NCBI GenBank assembly: GCA_002269645.1 | Contig: NIVC01002849.1 | Location: 1 to 64,000, forward strand | Length of the DNA: 64,000 bases | From: Macrostomum lignano | Taxonomy: Eukaryota | Reading direction: 5' to 3' | In this document: piece after piece, positions 46,850-59,453 of the stretch | Layout of the letters: every line of letters begins with the position of its first letter | Position numbering within the stretch: position 1 is the stretch's first letter | Notes under the pieces: model-generated | Database searches by the model: none | What the model was told of the DNA's origin: nothing | Seen by the model: the letters and a program-made list of their open reading frames with translations, nothing else | Translations under genes and position numbers: made by a program

Positions 46850-49800
46850 TCAGGCAGCCCCGAACGCGTAGGTGACAACGGCACGACTGTCGTCGCACAC
46901 TCGCTGGACGGCGCAGGCCAATCGGAGGTCGGCTGGTAGCGGGCCGGGTTGAGCCAGCTCCCACAGATAGGCCACTGCGCAGCCTGGCGACAGGGTCTAG
47001 CGGGGAGGCGGCGGGATTTACAAATTTACCAAACGCAATAGGAAAACAAAGCGATGGTTTAGTCGCTGATCTCTTCAGTTTATATTCAATACTGCATGCA
47101 GGCTACCAACAGAAAACCAGATCCAAATCCTCTACATAGATTTATGTAGCGACAATAATCTTCTTCACCTGATTTACATTTAAGTTTGTTTCCCTCACCT
47201 CTCCGGTTACCTCGTCTAGTCCAATCTGGTTGTTCTTCTTACTCACTGAGCTTTCTTATCTCTTTATCTGCCCCATTCTGGCTCCCGATTGGTTTTCATT
47301 TCTTCTCTCTTTCTCTGTCCCTCTAGCTGGCTTCTAATTGGTTCTCACTTCGTCTCTCACTCTCTGTCCTTCTAACTGGCTTCTGATTGGTTCTCACTTC
47401 GTCTCTCTCTGTCTTTCTAGCTGGCTTCTGATTGGTTCCCACTTCGTCTCTCTGCCCCTCTAGCTGGCTTCTGATTGATTTTCAAATAAGATTATATAAT
47501 AAGGTGAGCAATCGCCCATTTCTACTGTTCTGCAGGCCACCATAAACAAATAGTCTTCCAAAAACAAGCCCTTTCAGTTCCTTACCTCCTCAACGTTGCA
47601 AAGCAGTTTGGCAGATTTTAGAGACAGCTGCGGATCCGACACGACCAGAGTCTCGTTCAGTTCCTCGTTAGGCCGCAGGTGCACAGACAGGTAGGTCTTG
47701 CTGAATAAAATCAAACAAAAAATTGAAAAATCTCAAAAAATACACGTACTCCAAATGGATTCTTCTTAATAAACTCGTAAGAAAATAACTAGCAGCCCTA
47801 CTGATACATCAGATGGAATTTTGAGCAGCCCTGACTCACGCTCCGGCACAGTGCACGCAGTGCGAGAACAACACTGGCCGCAGGTAGTGCAGTTCGACAC
47901 TCGCCGACAGAGCGTCACCGCTGCCGGGCAGTTGGGCCACGGCGAGGCGAATGACGGCCCGACCGCCACTGCTCGAAGACTCACCAGGCCGAGGCTCGGC
48001 CCGGCAGGCAAATTCAAACCGCAGGTGGCCGTCCGCGTCGGTCTGGATCGCGCCAGCCAGCCTGGCCCCAGATGCGCCGTCGGCATCGACATCAACGCCG
48101 TCCAGTGGCAGCAGTCGGAGCTCTGGCCGCTGCCACTGCTGCTGCTGCCCGCTGCCTGGCAGGTCGATCAGTCCTGGCCGCAGGCGGACAATCAGGCGGT
48201 GCTCAAAGTGGAGCAGCAGGTCGGAAGGCGGCAGCTCCGGCAGGTCCAGGCTGGGCAGCAGGCGGCCGCGCAGCGCCGGGTCGCGCCAGGACGAGTCGCA
48301 GAGCGGGCGAAGCCGACGCGGCCGGGGGCGCCCACCGGGCTCGGCGGCGACGGTGGTGGTGTCGGAGAAAAACTGCAGCCGGCCACATTGGATGAGCAGC
48401 TCGCCGGGCTCCAGGAGGCCTGGCGTCTGATTTGGTGGTGGGTGAGAATAGCTTTGAGCACTGGCTACTGCAAGTCAAGTGTAGCTTTGAGCACTGGCTA
48501 CTGCAAATCAAGTGTAGCTTTGAGCACTGGCTACTGCAAGTCAAGTGTAGCTTTGGGCACTGGCTACTGCAAGTCAAGCGGAGCTTTGGGCACTAGCTAC
48601 TGCAAGTCAAGTGTAGCTTTGAGCACTGGCTACTGCAAATCAAGTGTAGCTTTGAGCACTGGCTACTGCAAATCAAGTGTAGCTTTGAGCACTGGCTACT
48701 GCAAGTCAAGTTTAGCTTTGAGCACTGGCTACTGCAAGTCAAGCGGAGCTTTGGGCAATGGCTACTGAAAGTCAAGTGTAGCTTTGAGCACTGGCTACTG
48801 CAAATCAAGTGTAGCTTTGAGCACTGGCTACTGCAAATCAAGTGTAGCTTTGGGCACTGGCTACTGCAAATCAAGTGTAGCTTTGAGCACTGGCTACTGC
48901 AAGTCAAGTGTAGCTTTGAGCACTGGCTACTGCAAGTCAAGTGTAGCTTTGAGCACTGGCTACTGCAAATCAAGTGTAGCATTGGGCACTGGCTACTGCA
49001 AGTCAAGTGTAGTTTTGAGCACTGGCTACTGCAAATCAAGTGTAGCTTTGAGCACTGGCTACTGCAAGTCAAGTGTAGCTTTGAGCACTGGCTAATGCAA
49101 ATCAAGTGTAGCTTTGAGCACTGGCTACTGCAAGTCAAGTGTAGCTTTGAGCACTGGCTACTGCAAGTCAAGTGTAGCTTTGAGCACTGGCTACTGCAAG
49201 TCAAGTGTAGCTTTGAGCACTGGCTACTGCAAATCAAGTGTAGCTTTGAGCACTGGCTACTGCAAATCAAGTGTAGCTTTGAGCACTGGCTACTGCAAGT
49301 CAAGCGGAGCTTTGGGCACTGGCTACTGCAAGTCAAGCGGAGCTTTGGGCACTGGCTACTGCAAGTCAAGTGTAGCTTTGAGCACTGGCTACTGCAAGTC
49401 AAGCGGAGCTTTGGGCACTGGCTACTGCAAGTCAAGCGGAGCTTTGGGCACTGGCTACTGCAAGTCAAGTGTAGCTTTGGGCACTGGCTACTGCAAGTCA
49501 AGTGTAGCTTTGAGCACTGGCTACTGCAAATCAAGTGTAGCTTTGAGCACTGGCTACTGCAAGTCAAGTGTAGCTTTGAGCACTGGCTAATGCAAATCAA
49601 GTGTAGCTTTGAGCACTGGCTACTGCAAGTCAAGTGTAGCTTTGAGCACTGGCTACTGCAAGTCAAGTGTAGCTTTGAGCACTGGCTACTGCAAGTCAAG
49701 CGGAGCTTTGGGCACTGGCTACTGCAAGTCAAGCGGAGCTTTGGGCACTGGCTACTGCAAGTCAAGTGTAGCTTTGAGCACTGGCTACTGCAAGTCAAGC

Positions 49801-52800
49801 GGAGCTTTGGGCACTGGCTACTGCAAGTCAAGCGGAGCTTTGGGCACTGGCTACTGCAAGTCAAGTGTAGCTTTGAGCACTGGCTACTGCAAATCAAGTG
49901 TAGCATTGGGCACTGGCTACTGCAAATCAAGTGTAGCTTTGAGCACTGGCTACTGCAAATCAAGTGTAGCTTTGAGCACTGGCTACTGCAAGTCAAGTGT
50001 AGCTTTGAGCACTGGCTACTGCAAGTCAAGTGTAGCTTTGAGCACTGGCTACTGCAAATCAAGTGTAGCATTGGGCACTGGCTACTGCAAGTCAAGTGTA
50101 GTTTTGAGCACTGGCTACTGAAAGTCAAGTGTAGCTTTGAGCACTGGCTACTGCAAATCAAGTGTAGCTTTGAGCGCACTCTCACCTGAGCCTCCAGCAC
50201 TATGCTATTCTCGCCCGGCACCAGTTGAACTCCGCTGGCCGTCAGCGCGGGCGAACCGGCCGGCGGCTCCGGCCTGGCGACGGCGGCCGCGTGCTCCGGG
50301 CTGTCCATGGAAGAGTCGCGAGACGCCGATGACGACGCCGCCAACAGCAGTTGTCGCCGAGCGTCGGCCGGATCGCCGAATCTAACGATGCAGCGCTCGG
50401 GCCCCGGTCTGAAAAACAGCAGATCGTCGGCGATGCCCGCCAGCTGGGCAACTGGCGCGGTTGGCGTGTCCGCCGCCTGCAGCTCCACCAGATCTCCAGG
50501 CACCAGACTGCGGGCCGACAGCCGGCTCTGGCTGCGCTCTAGGGGAGCTGGCAGCTGCTGATGCTGACCAGGAGGAGTCTGGGCCGCCTCTCCCGGAAGA
50601 GAATCGCTGGCGGGACTGCGGAGGGATTGAGGGGGAGGTCTGTCTGTGTCAGACTGAGAACTCCTGGCTGTGTCAGACTGAGTGAGAATACTGGCTGTCA
50701 GACTGGGAATCTCGACTGTGTCAGACTGGGAATATCGGGCTGTGTCAGACTGGATAGGAATCTCGGCTGTGTCAGACTGGATGGGAATCTTGGCTGTGTC
50801 AGACTGGGAATCTCGGCTGTGTCAGACTGGATGGGAATCTCGGCTGTGTCAGACTGGATGGGAATCTTGGCTGCGTCAGACTGGGAATCTCGGCTGTGTC
50901 AGACTGGATGGGAATCTCGGCTGTGTCAGACTGGATGGGAATCTTGGCTGTGTCAGACTGGATGGGAATCTCGGCTGTGTCAGACTGGATGGGAATCTTG
51001 GCTGTGTCAGACTGGGAATCTCGGCTGTGTCAGACTGGATGGGAATCTCGGCTGTGTCAGACTGGGAATCTCGGCTGTGTCAGACTGGATGGGAATCTCG
51101 GCTGTGTCAGACTGGATGGGAATCTTGGCTGTGTCAGACTGGATGGGAATCTCGGCTGTGTCAGACTGGATGGGAATCTTGGCTGTGTCAGACTGGGAAT
51201 CTCGGCTGTGTCAGACTGGATGGGAATCTCGGCTGTGTCAGACTGGATGGGAATCTTGGCTGCGTCAGACTGGGAATCTCGGCTGTGTCAGACTGGATGG
51301 GAATCTCGGCTGTGTCAGACTGGATGGGAATCTCGGCTGTGTCAGACTGGATGGGAATCTTGGCTGTGTCAGACTGGGAATCTCGACTGTGTCAGACTGG
51401 GAATATCGGGCTGTGTCAGACTGGATGGGAATCTCGGCTGTGTCAGACTGGATGGGAATCTTGGCTGTGTCAGACTGGGAATCTTGGCTGTGTCAGACTG
51501 GATGGGAATCTCGGCTGTGTCAGACTGGATGGGAATCTCGACTGTGTCAGACTGGACGGGAATCTTGGCTGTGTCAGACTGGATGGGAATCTTGGCTGTG
51601 TCAGACTGAATGGGAATCTTGGCTGTGTCAGACTGGATGGGAATCTTGGCTGTGTCAGACTGGATGGGAATCTTGGCTGTGTCAGACTGGATGGGAATCT
51701 TGGCTGTGTCAGACTGGATGGGAATCTTGGCTGTGTCAGACTGGATGGGAATCTTGGCTGTGTCAGACTGGATGGGAATCTCGGCTGTGTCAGACTGGAT
51801 GGGAATCTTGGCTGTGTCAGACTGGATGGGAATCTTGGCTGTGTCAGACTGGGAATTTCGGCTGTGTCAGACTGGATGGGAATCTTGGCTGTGTCAGACT
51901 GGATGGGAATCTTGGCTGTGTCAGACTGGATGGGAATCTTGGCTGTGTCAGACTGGATGGGAATCTTGGCTGTGTCAGACTGGATGGGAATCTTGGCTGT
52001 GTCAGACTGGATGGGAATCTTGGCTGTGTCAGACTGGATGGGAATCTTGGCTGTGTCAGACTGGATGGGAATCTCGGCTGTGTCAGACTGGATGGGAATC
52101 TTGGCTGTGTCAGACTGGGAATCTCGGCTGTGTCAGACTGGATGGGAATCTCGGCTGTGTCAGACTGGGAATCTCGGCTGTGTCAGACTGGGAATCTCGA
52201 CTGTGTCAGACTGGGAATATTGGGCTGTGTCAGACTGGATGGGAATCTTGGCTGTGTCAGACTGGGAATCTCGACTGTGTCAGACTGGGAATATCGGACT
52301 GTGTCAGACTGGATGGGAATCTTGGGCTGTGTCAGACTGGATGGGAATCTTGGCTGTGTCAGACTGGGAATCTCGGCTGTGTCAGACTGGGAATCTCGAC
52401 TGTGTCAGACTGGGAATATCGGGCTGTGTCAGACTGGATGGGAATCTTGGCTGTGTCAGACTGGATGGGAATCTTGGCTGTGTCAGACTGGATGGGAATC
52501 TCGGCTGTGTCAGACTGGATGGGAATCTTGGCTGTGTCAGACTGGATGAGAATCTTGGCTGTGTCAGACTGGGAATTTCGGCTGTGTCAGACTGGATGGG
52601 AATCTCGGCTGTGTCAGACTGGATGGGAATCTTGGCTGTGTCAGACTGGATGGGAATCTTGGCTGTGTCAGACTGGATGGGAATCTTGGCTGTGTCAGAC
52701 TGGATGGGAATCTTGGCTGTGTCAGACTGGGAATCTCGGCTGTGTCAGACTGGGAATCTCGAGTGTCAGAGAGTCTGGACTGTCATAAAGATAGTGATAT

Positions 52801-55800
52801 CCAACGGGATATTTAGCCCAATTCACCTATTGTGGAGCTGCTGTTCCGTGGCCAAACGCGGCTTCAACAAGTGCAGACTTGGCTTCAACGGCTTGGTCGG
52901 CTTCGGCGGCTTTGGCGGCTTCGGAGGAGGCGCGGCCGACTCGGACGACGGCGTCGAGGCTGCGGCAGCAGGTCCCCTAGAAACGCACCTGACGCTGACA
53001 CCGTCAATCGGGTGGGGCGCGGCGCAAACCAGACGGAGCAGCGCCCGCTGCCGCCGATTCGGACAGTCGGCCAGCAGGGTCAGGCGGAGCGGCCTGAGCA
53101 GCGGCTCGCAGGCCAGGCGCTGCTTGCGGACAATCCGGTTGGGCGAGCAGTCGGCCTCGGCGGACTCCGGCAGCATGGCGGCGCGGATCTCAGACCAGGC
53201 GGCCTCCGCTTCTCCAGTTGGCGCGTCTGGCGAGGCTGCCACGTGGAGCAGGGATTTGAGCAGCTGGTCCCGCTGGCCCGGCCTGGCCTGCGCCCGCTGG
53301 CAGGCGAGCAGGCGGCGCCTGGCGTCCGCCTCCAGGCTGGGCCAGGCATCCGCTTTGAAGGCTTTCAGGGCCACCTTGTAGAAGCGCTCGGCTCGAACTG
53401 GATCACCGCAGGCGCTGCGGAGATGCAATTGTATGGAGTAAGCAAATATGGAACATGTGAAACAGGATTGGGACTGGCAGCCCAATGTGAATTAATTGGA
53501 AGATAGCAGACCAATGTGAATCAGTTGAAAGCAGGCAGAGCCCAATGTGAATCAATTGGAAGATGGCAGTCCAGTGTGAATCAGTTGATACCCAGTGTGA
53601 ATCAGTTGAAACCCAGTGTGAATCAGTTGAAACCCAGTGTGAATTTGTTGAAACCCAGTGTGAATCAGTTGAAACCCAGTGTGAATCAGTTGAAACTCAA
53701 TGTGAATCAGCTGAAACCCAGTGTGAATCAGTTGAAACCCAATGTGAATCAGTTGGAACCCAGTGTGAATCAGTTGAAACCCAGTGTGAATCAGTTGAAA
53801 CCCAGTGTGAATCAGTTGAAACCCAATGTGAATCAGTTGGAACCCAGTGTGAATCAGTTGAAACCCAATGTGAATCAGTTGGAACCCAGTGTGAATCAGT
53901 TGAAACCCAGTGTGAATCAGTTGAAACCCAGTGTGAATCAGTTGAAACCCAGTGTGAATCAGTTGAAACCCAGTGTGAATCAGTTGAAACCCAATGTGAA
54001 TCAGTTGAAACCCAGTGTGAATCAGTTGAAACCCAGTGTGAATCAGTTGAAACCCAATGTGAATCAGTTGAAACCCAATGTGAATTTGTTGAAACCCAAT
54101 GTGAATCAGTTGAAACCCAGTGTGAATCAGTTGAAACCCAATGTGAATTTGTTGAAACCCAGTGTGAATCAGTTGAAACCCAATGTGAATCTGCTGAAAC
54201 CCAGTGTGAATCAGTTGAAACCCAATGTGAATTTGTTGAAACCCAGTGTGAATCAGTTGAAACCCAGTGTGAATCAGTTGAAACCCAATGTGAATCAGTT
54301 GAAACCCAGTGTGAATCAGTTGAAACCCAATGTGAATTTGTTGAAACCCAGTGTGAATCAGTTGAAACCCAGTGTGAATCAGTTGAAACCCAGTGTGAAT
54401 CAGTTGAAACCCAGTGTGAATCAGTTGAAACCCAGTGTGAATCAGTTGAAACCCAGTGTGAATCAGTTGAAACCCAGTATGAATCAGTTGAAACCCAATG
54501 TGAATCAGTTAGAAGATGGCAGCCCAATGTGAGTTAGTTGGAAGAAGGCAGCCCAATGTGAATCAGTGTAATAGGACATTCATAGCAACAGTTATAATTA
54601 CAGGTAAAAGTCGGCCTTCTCCACAGAAGCCAGAGCCGCAAAGCGAGCCCGGTGCTCGTGCTTATAGATGCCAATTGAAAAGTCGACGAGTTCCTAAAAT
54701 GCAAGCAGAAGATTATTTGAATAAAATAAAACTTAATCTAAGCGAGACTTCTATTAGAATAAATTGATTTCACAACATATCGGAAATCAACCTGGTTTGT
54801 AGCCAGTGCGAAAAAAGTTACGAGAGGACGTGAAAAAAGTTTCTGACTGTTTTTGGGCTCGAACCCTTTCCAGTTTTTTCAAAGTCAGCAATTTAATCTC
54901 CATTCTGTTCTCCAACTCTTAACTCTTCTTACTATCTTTCTGTCTCAATCTCCCGCCTCCACACCCGTCATCCTCACTTCTTTCCAGCTGGCAACCCCCT
55001 CCTCCACACAAACTCCTCCTCCCCAACCTGTCAATCCCCTCCTCCTCAACCTGTCAACCCCTCCTCCCCAACCTGTCAATCCCCTCCTCCTCAACCTGTC
55101 AACCCCTCCTCCCCAACCTGTCAATCCCCTCCTCCTCAACCTGTCAACCCCTCCTCCTCAACCTGTTACGCCCTCCTCCTCAACCTTCAACCCCCTCCTC
55201 CTCAACCTGTCACCCCCTCCTCCCCAACCTGTCAACCCCCCTCCTCAACCTTCAACCCCCTCCTCCCCAACCTGTCAACCCCCTCCTCAACCTTCAACCC
55301 CCTCCTCCCCAACCTGTCACCCCCTCCTCCCCAATCTGTCACCCCCTCCTCCCCAATCTGTCACCCCCTCCTCCTCAACCTTCAACCCCCTCCTCCCCAA
55401 CCTGTCAACCCCCCCTCATCAACCTATCACCCCCTCCTCCCCAATCTGTCAACCCCCCTCCCCAACCTGTCACCCCCTCCTCCCCAACCTGTCACCCCCT
55501 CCTCCCCAACCTGTCAACCCCTCCCTCCCCAACCTGTCAACCCCCTCCTCAACCTTCAACCCCCTCCTCCCCAACCTGTCACCCCCTCCTCCCCAACCTG
55601 TCACCCCCTCCTCCCCAACCTGTCAACCCCCTCCCTCCCCAACCTGTCACGCCCTCCTCCTCAACCTGTCACCCCCCTCCTCCTCAACCTGTCACCCCCT
55701 CTTCCTCAACTTGTCACCCCCTCTTCCTCAACCTGTCACCCCCTCCTCCTCAACTTGTCACCCCCTCTTCCTCAACCTGTCACCCCATCCTCCTCAACCT

Positions 55801-58800
55801 GTCACCCCCTCTTCCTCAACCTGTCACCCCCTCTTCCTCAACCTGTCACCCCATCCTCCTCAACCTGTCACCCCCTCTTTCTCAACCTGTCACCCCATCC
55901 TCCTCAACCTGTCAATCCCTTCTTCCCCAACCTGTCAATCTCCTCCCATTCCCTTCAAAGACTCATGCCGGAACTCACGTGAAAAGCCTCCCGAAAGGCG
56001 GCGGAGCTGGAGAGCCAGTCGGCCATTTTCTGATCGGCCGAGTCGCCGCTAATCAGCTGGTCGCCAGCCACAGAGCCGGCCGTGCTGGCCCGCAGCTGCA
56101 GCATTCGCTGGATGTGCTCAGAGCTGGGCCGGTCAACTGTCAGGCCGCACAGCTCGCCTAGGCTGAGCAGTTTCCGGCTAGCCAGGTGGCACACGTCGGC
56201 CATCGGGCCGGAGTTGAGAATGTGCGGATAGCGCTGTACAATGTGGCGGACCTGCAGGCAGCTCAGCAGGACCCAGGCGTCCACTAGCAGTTCGGGCACG
56301 TCCAGCTGAGAGAACGTCAATTGCGCATATTTTAGTACAAACTAGCAATCTACGCCCCCCGTTGGGGAGCCAAAGAAATGCTATACACGTTTTTTTTAAT
56401 AAGCTACATGTATCCTTGAAATCTTAAAAAATCTCCTGTCAAACCTTGTAAGCCTTGACATGTCAGTAATTCCCCCCCCCCAGCTTTAACATATCAACTT
56501 CCCCCCTTGACATCTCAGCAATGCCCCCAATAAGCCTTGGAAATCTAAAAATATCTGTCAACCTTCTAACCCTAACCCTAACCCTAACCCTAACCCTAAC
56601 CTAACCCTAACCTAAAGCATTGAAATTTCAGTAATTCTCTCTAAGAGTCATTATAGCACTACTACAGCATTCGTAGCGATAAGCTTCTTTTATTTTTTAC
56701 ATAACGCTTTTTTTATCAGCGATCCCTCGCCTGAGGAGGCATCAAATAATGTAATAAAAAGTTTTCAATAAACTACATGTAGCTTCTGACTTTAGCCTTG
56801 AAATCTCATTTATACCCCCGTGAGCCTTGACATCTCAGCTATTCCCCCCGTCCGTAAGCCTTGACATGTCAGCGATGGCCCCCATAAACCTTGAAATCTA
56901 AAAAATCCACTGTTAACCTTGAAACCCGATAAAATATAACCCTCAACCCACACCTGACCTAAACCTAACTTTAACCCAACCTAAAGCCTTGAAATCTCAG
57001 CAATTCTTCTCCCCTAAGCCTTGACATTTTAGTGATTCCTTCTTTAAGAATCACAGCACTATAACGATTTCCACCAAGCTTTGACATCGTAGCAATTCCC
57101 AAATGAATCTTTTAACTTCGACATGACTTTTCTTTTATGTATACATAGTGCTACTTTTATTTTTTACATGACTCTTCTTCTATCAGCGCCCCCCCCCGTG
57201 GCGAGCCAACAAAGAATGCAAAAAAAATTGAGTAAAGTACATGAACTTTGAAGTAGCTTCTGACTTTTGCTTTGAGATCCCAGAAACAACCCCCCCCCCT
57301 CGTAATCTCAGTTATTCTCTGAGAGCCTTGACGTCTCAGTTTTTCTTCCCAGCACAGCATTATAGCTGCATTTCATTTTTACATGACATCCTTCATGTCT
57401 GACATGACGCTTCTTTTGATTTTTACATTACACTTCTTTTATTCTTCCATGATGCTTCTTAATTTTTTAAATGATGCTTTCATTAGTTTTTAAATGAGGC
57501 TTCTATGATTTTTTCATGACGCTTCTATGATTGTTTACATGACGCTTCTATGCTTTTTACATGACGCTTCTATGCTTTTTACATGACGCTTCTATGATTG
57601 TTTACATGACGCTTCTATGATTGTTTACATGATGCTTCTACGATTTCTGCAGGATGCTTCTATGATTTTTACATGATGCTTCTATGATTTTTTCATGACG
57701 CTCCTATGATTTTTTCATGACGTTTCTATGATTGTTTACATGACGCTTCTATGCTTTTTACATGACGCTTCTATGCTTTTTACATGACGCTTCCATGATT
57801 TTTTACATGACACTTCTATGATTTTTACATGATGCTTCCATGATTTTTTCATGACGCTTCTGTGATTGTTTATATGACGCTTCTATGCTTTTTATATGAC
57901 GCTTCCATGATTTTTTACATGACACTTCTATGATTTATACATGACGCTTCCATGATTTTTCATGACGCTTCTGTGATTGTTTATATGACGCTTCTATGCT
58001 TTTTATATGACGCTTCTATGATTGTTTACATGACGCTTCTATGCTTTTTATATGACGATTCTATGATTGTTTACATGACGCTTCCATGATTTTTACATGA
58101 CGTTTCTATGATTTTTTCATGACGCTTCCATGATTTTTTACATGACGCTTCTATGATTTTTTACATGACGCTTCCATGATTTTTTACATGACACTTCTAT
58201 GATTTTTACATGACGCTTCCATGATTTTTTTCATGACGCTTCCATGATTTTTTACATGACGCTTCTATGATTTTTTCATGACGCTTCTATGCTTTTTATA
58301 TGACGCTTCTATGATTGTTTACATGACGCTTCTATGCTTTTTATATGACGATTCTATGATTGTTTACATGACGCTTCCATGATTTTTACATGACGTTTCT
58401 ATGATTTTTTCATGACGCTTCCATGATTTTTTACATGGCACTTCTATGATTTTTTGCATGACGCTTCTATGATTGTTTACATGACGCTTCTATGATTTTT
58501 TACATGACACTTCTATGATTGTTTACATGACGCTTCTATGATTTTTTACATGACGCTTCTATGATTGTTTACATGACGCTTCTATGATTTTTTACATGAC
58601 GCTTCTATGATATTTTCAAGACGCTTCTATGATTTTTTCATGACGCTTCTATAATTTTTTAGTTTTCTTTTTGGTGTTAAAAAGCTTTAATTAAAAAAAT
58701 TCCACTCTCTAAAAATTCGAACCATCGTCCCTGCATTTAGCAGTCAGTCTGTTTACCTCTAGGCTAGCTCTCATCGTTTTGATAATATGAATTTTAGCAC

Positions 58801-59376
58801 TTATAATTATAAGTTTCAAAACTCCAAGCATGGAGTAAATCACACGAGGCAGTTATGACATAATCAATTTCTCAGTCAGTCAGTATCAGTTAACAATATG
58901 GTTACGCAATCTAAATCAAGTCTGGTGTTTCGCTTCCACACTGCATTTTCAATACTGTGACGCAATTCAAGTCGGAGTTACAATTCAGTTATGATGCAAT
59001 CTATTTTAGAATCAGAATTCAACCAGTCAATTTTTTTCTAGCATTCTTACAATGCATTTCAAGTCGAAAAGTTTGCTTGACCTTTGCAAAAAAGCATGTT
59101 TTTCGAGTATTTAATGCCTTTAGCATCGAGCAATTTCTTAGCCACGATGCATGTACAGTCACGGGAAAATTTCTGATCGAACAGTGCAAGTCTCATGAAA
59201 ATCGGTTAAGCCATTTTTTCTCTAATCGATTACAAGCAAGCAAGCAAGCAAGATTTTCATTTTTAGTATATAGGATATAGCAGCAGCATGTGCATACTAC
59301 TAGATATGGAAGCATTAGTAGCAACTTTAGCCATTTTTATATATATAGAGAGAGAGAGAGAGGTAGAGAGAGAGAG

Positions 59377-59453
<77 letters not shown>

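Noticed and set aside
47983-47985. Strong donor-like G|GTGAGT inside TRAPPC10 exon 11
   Set aside because: The frame stays open and homologous ([13 protein letters not shown]) to the donor at 47839, whose phase matches the next exon.
48784-54537. ORFs of 100-899 aa with [27 protein letters not shown] or TQCESVE repeats
   Set aside because: Stop-free frames of intronic minisatellites, mostly antisense to TRAPPC10.
54853-56052. 399-aa Pro-rich, extensin-like ORF
   Set aside because: C-rich intronic repeat on the antisense strand, with no ATG start.
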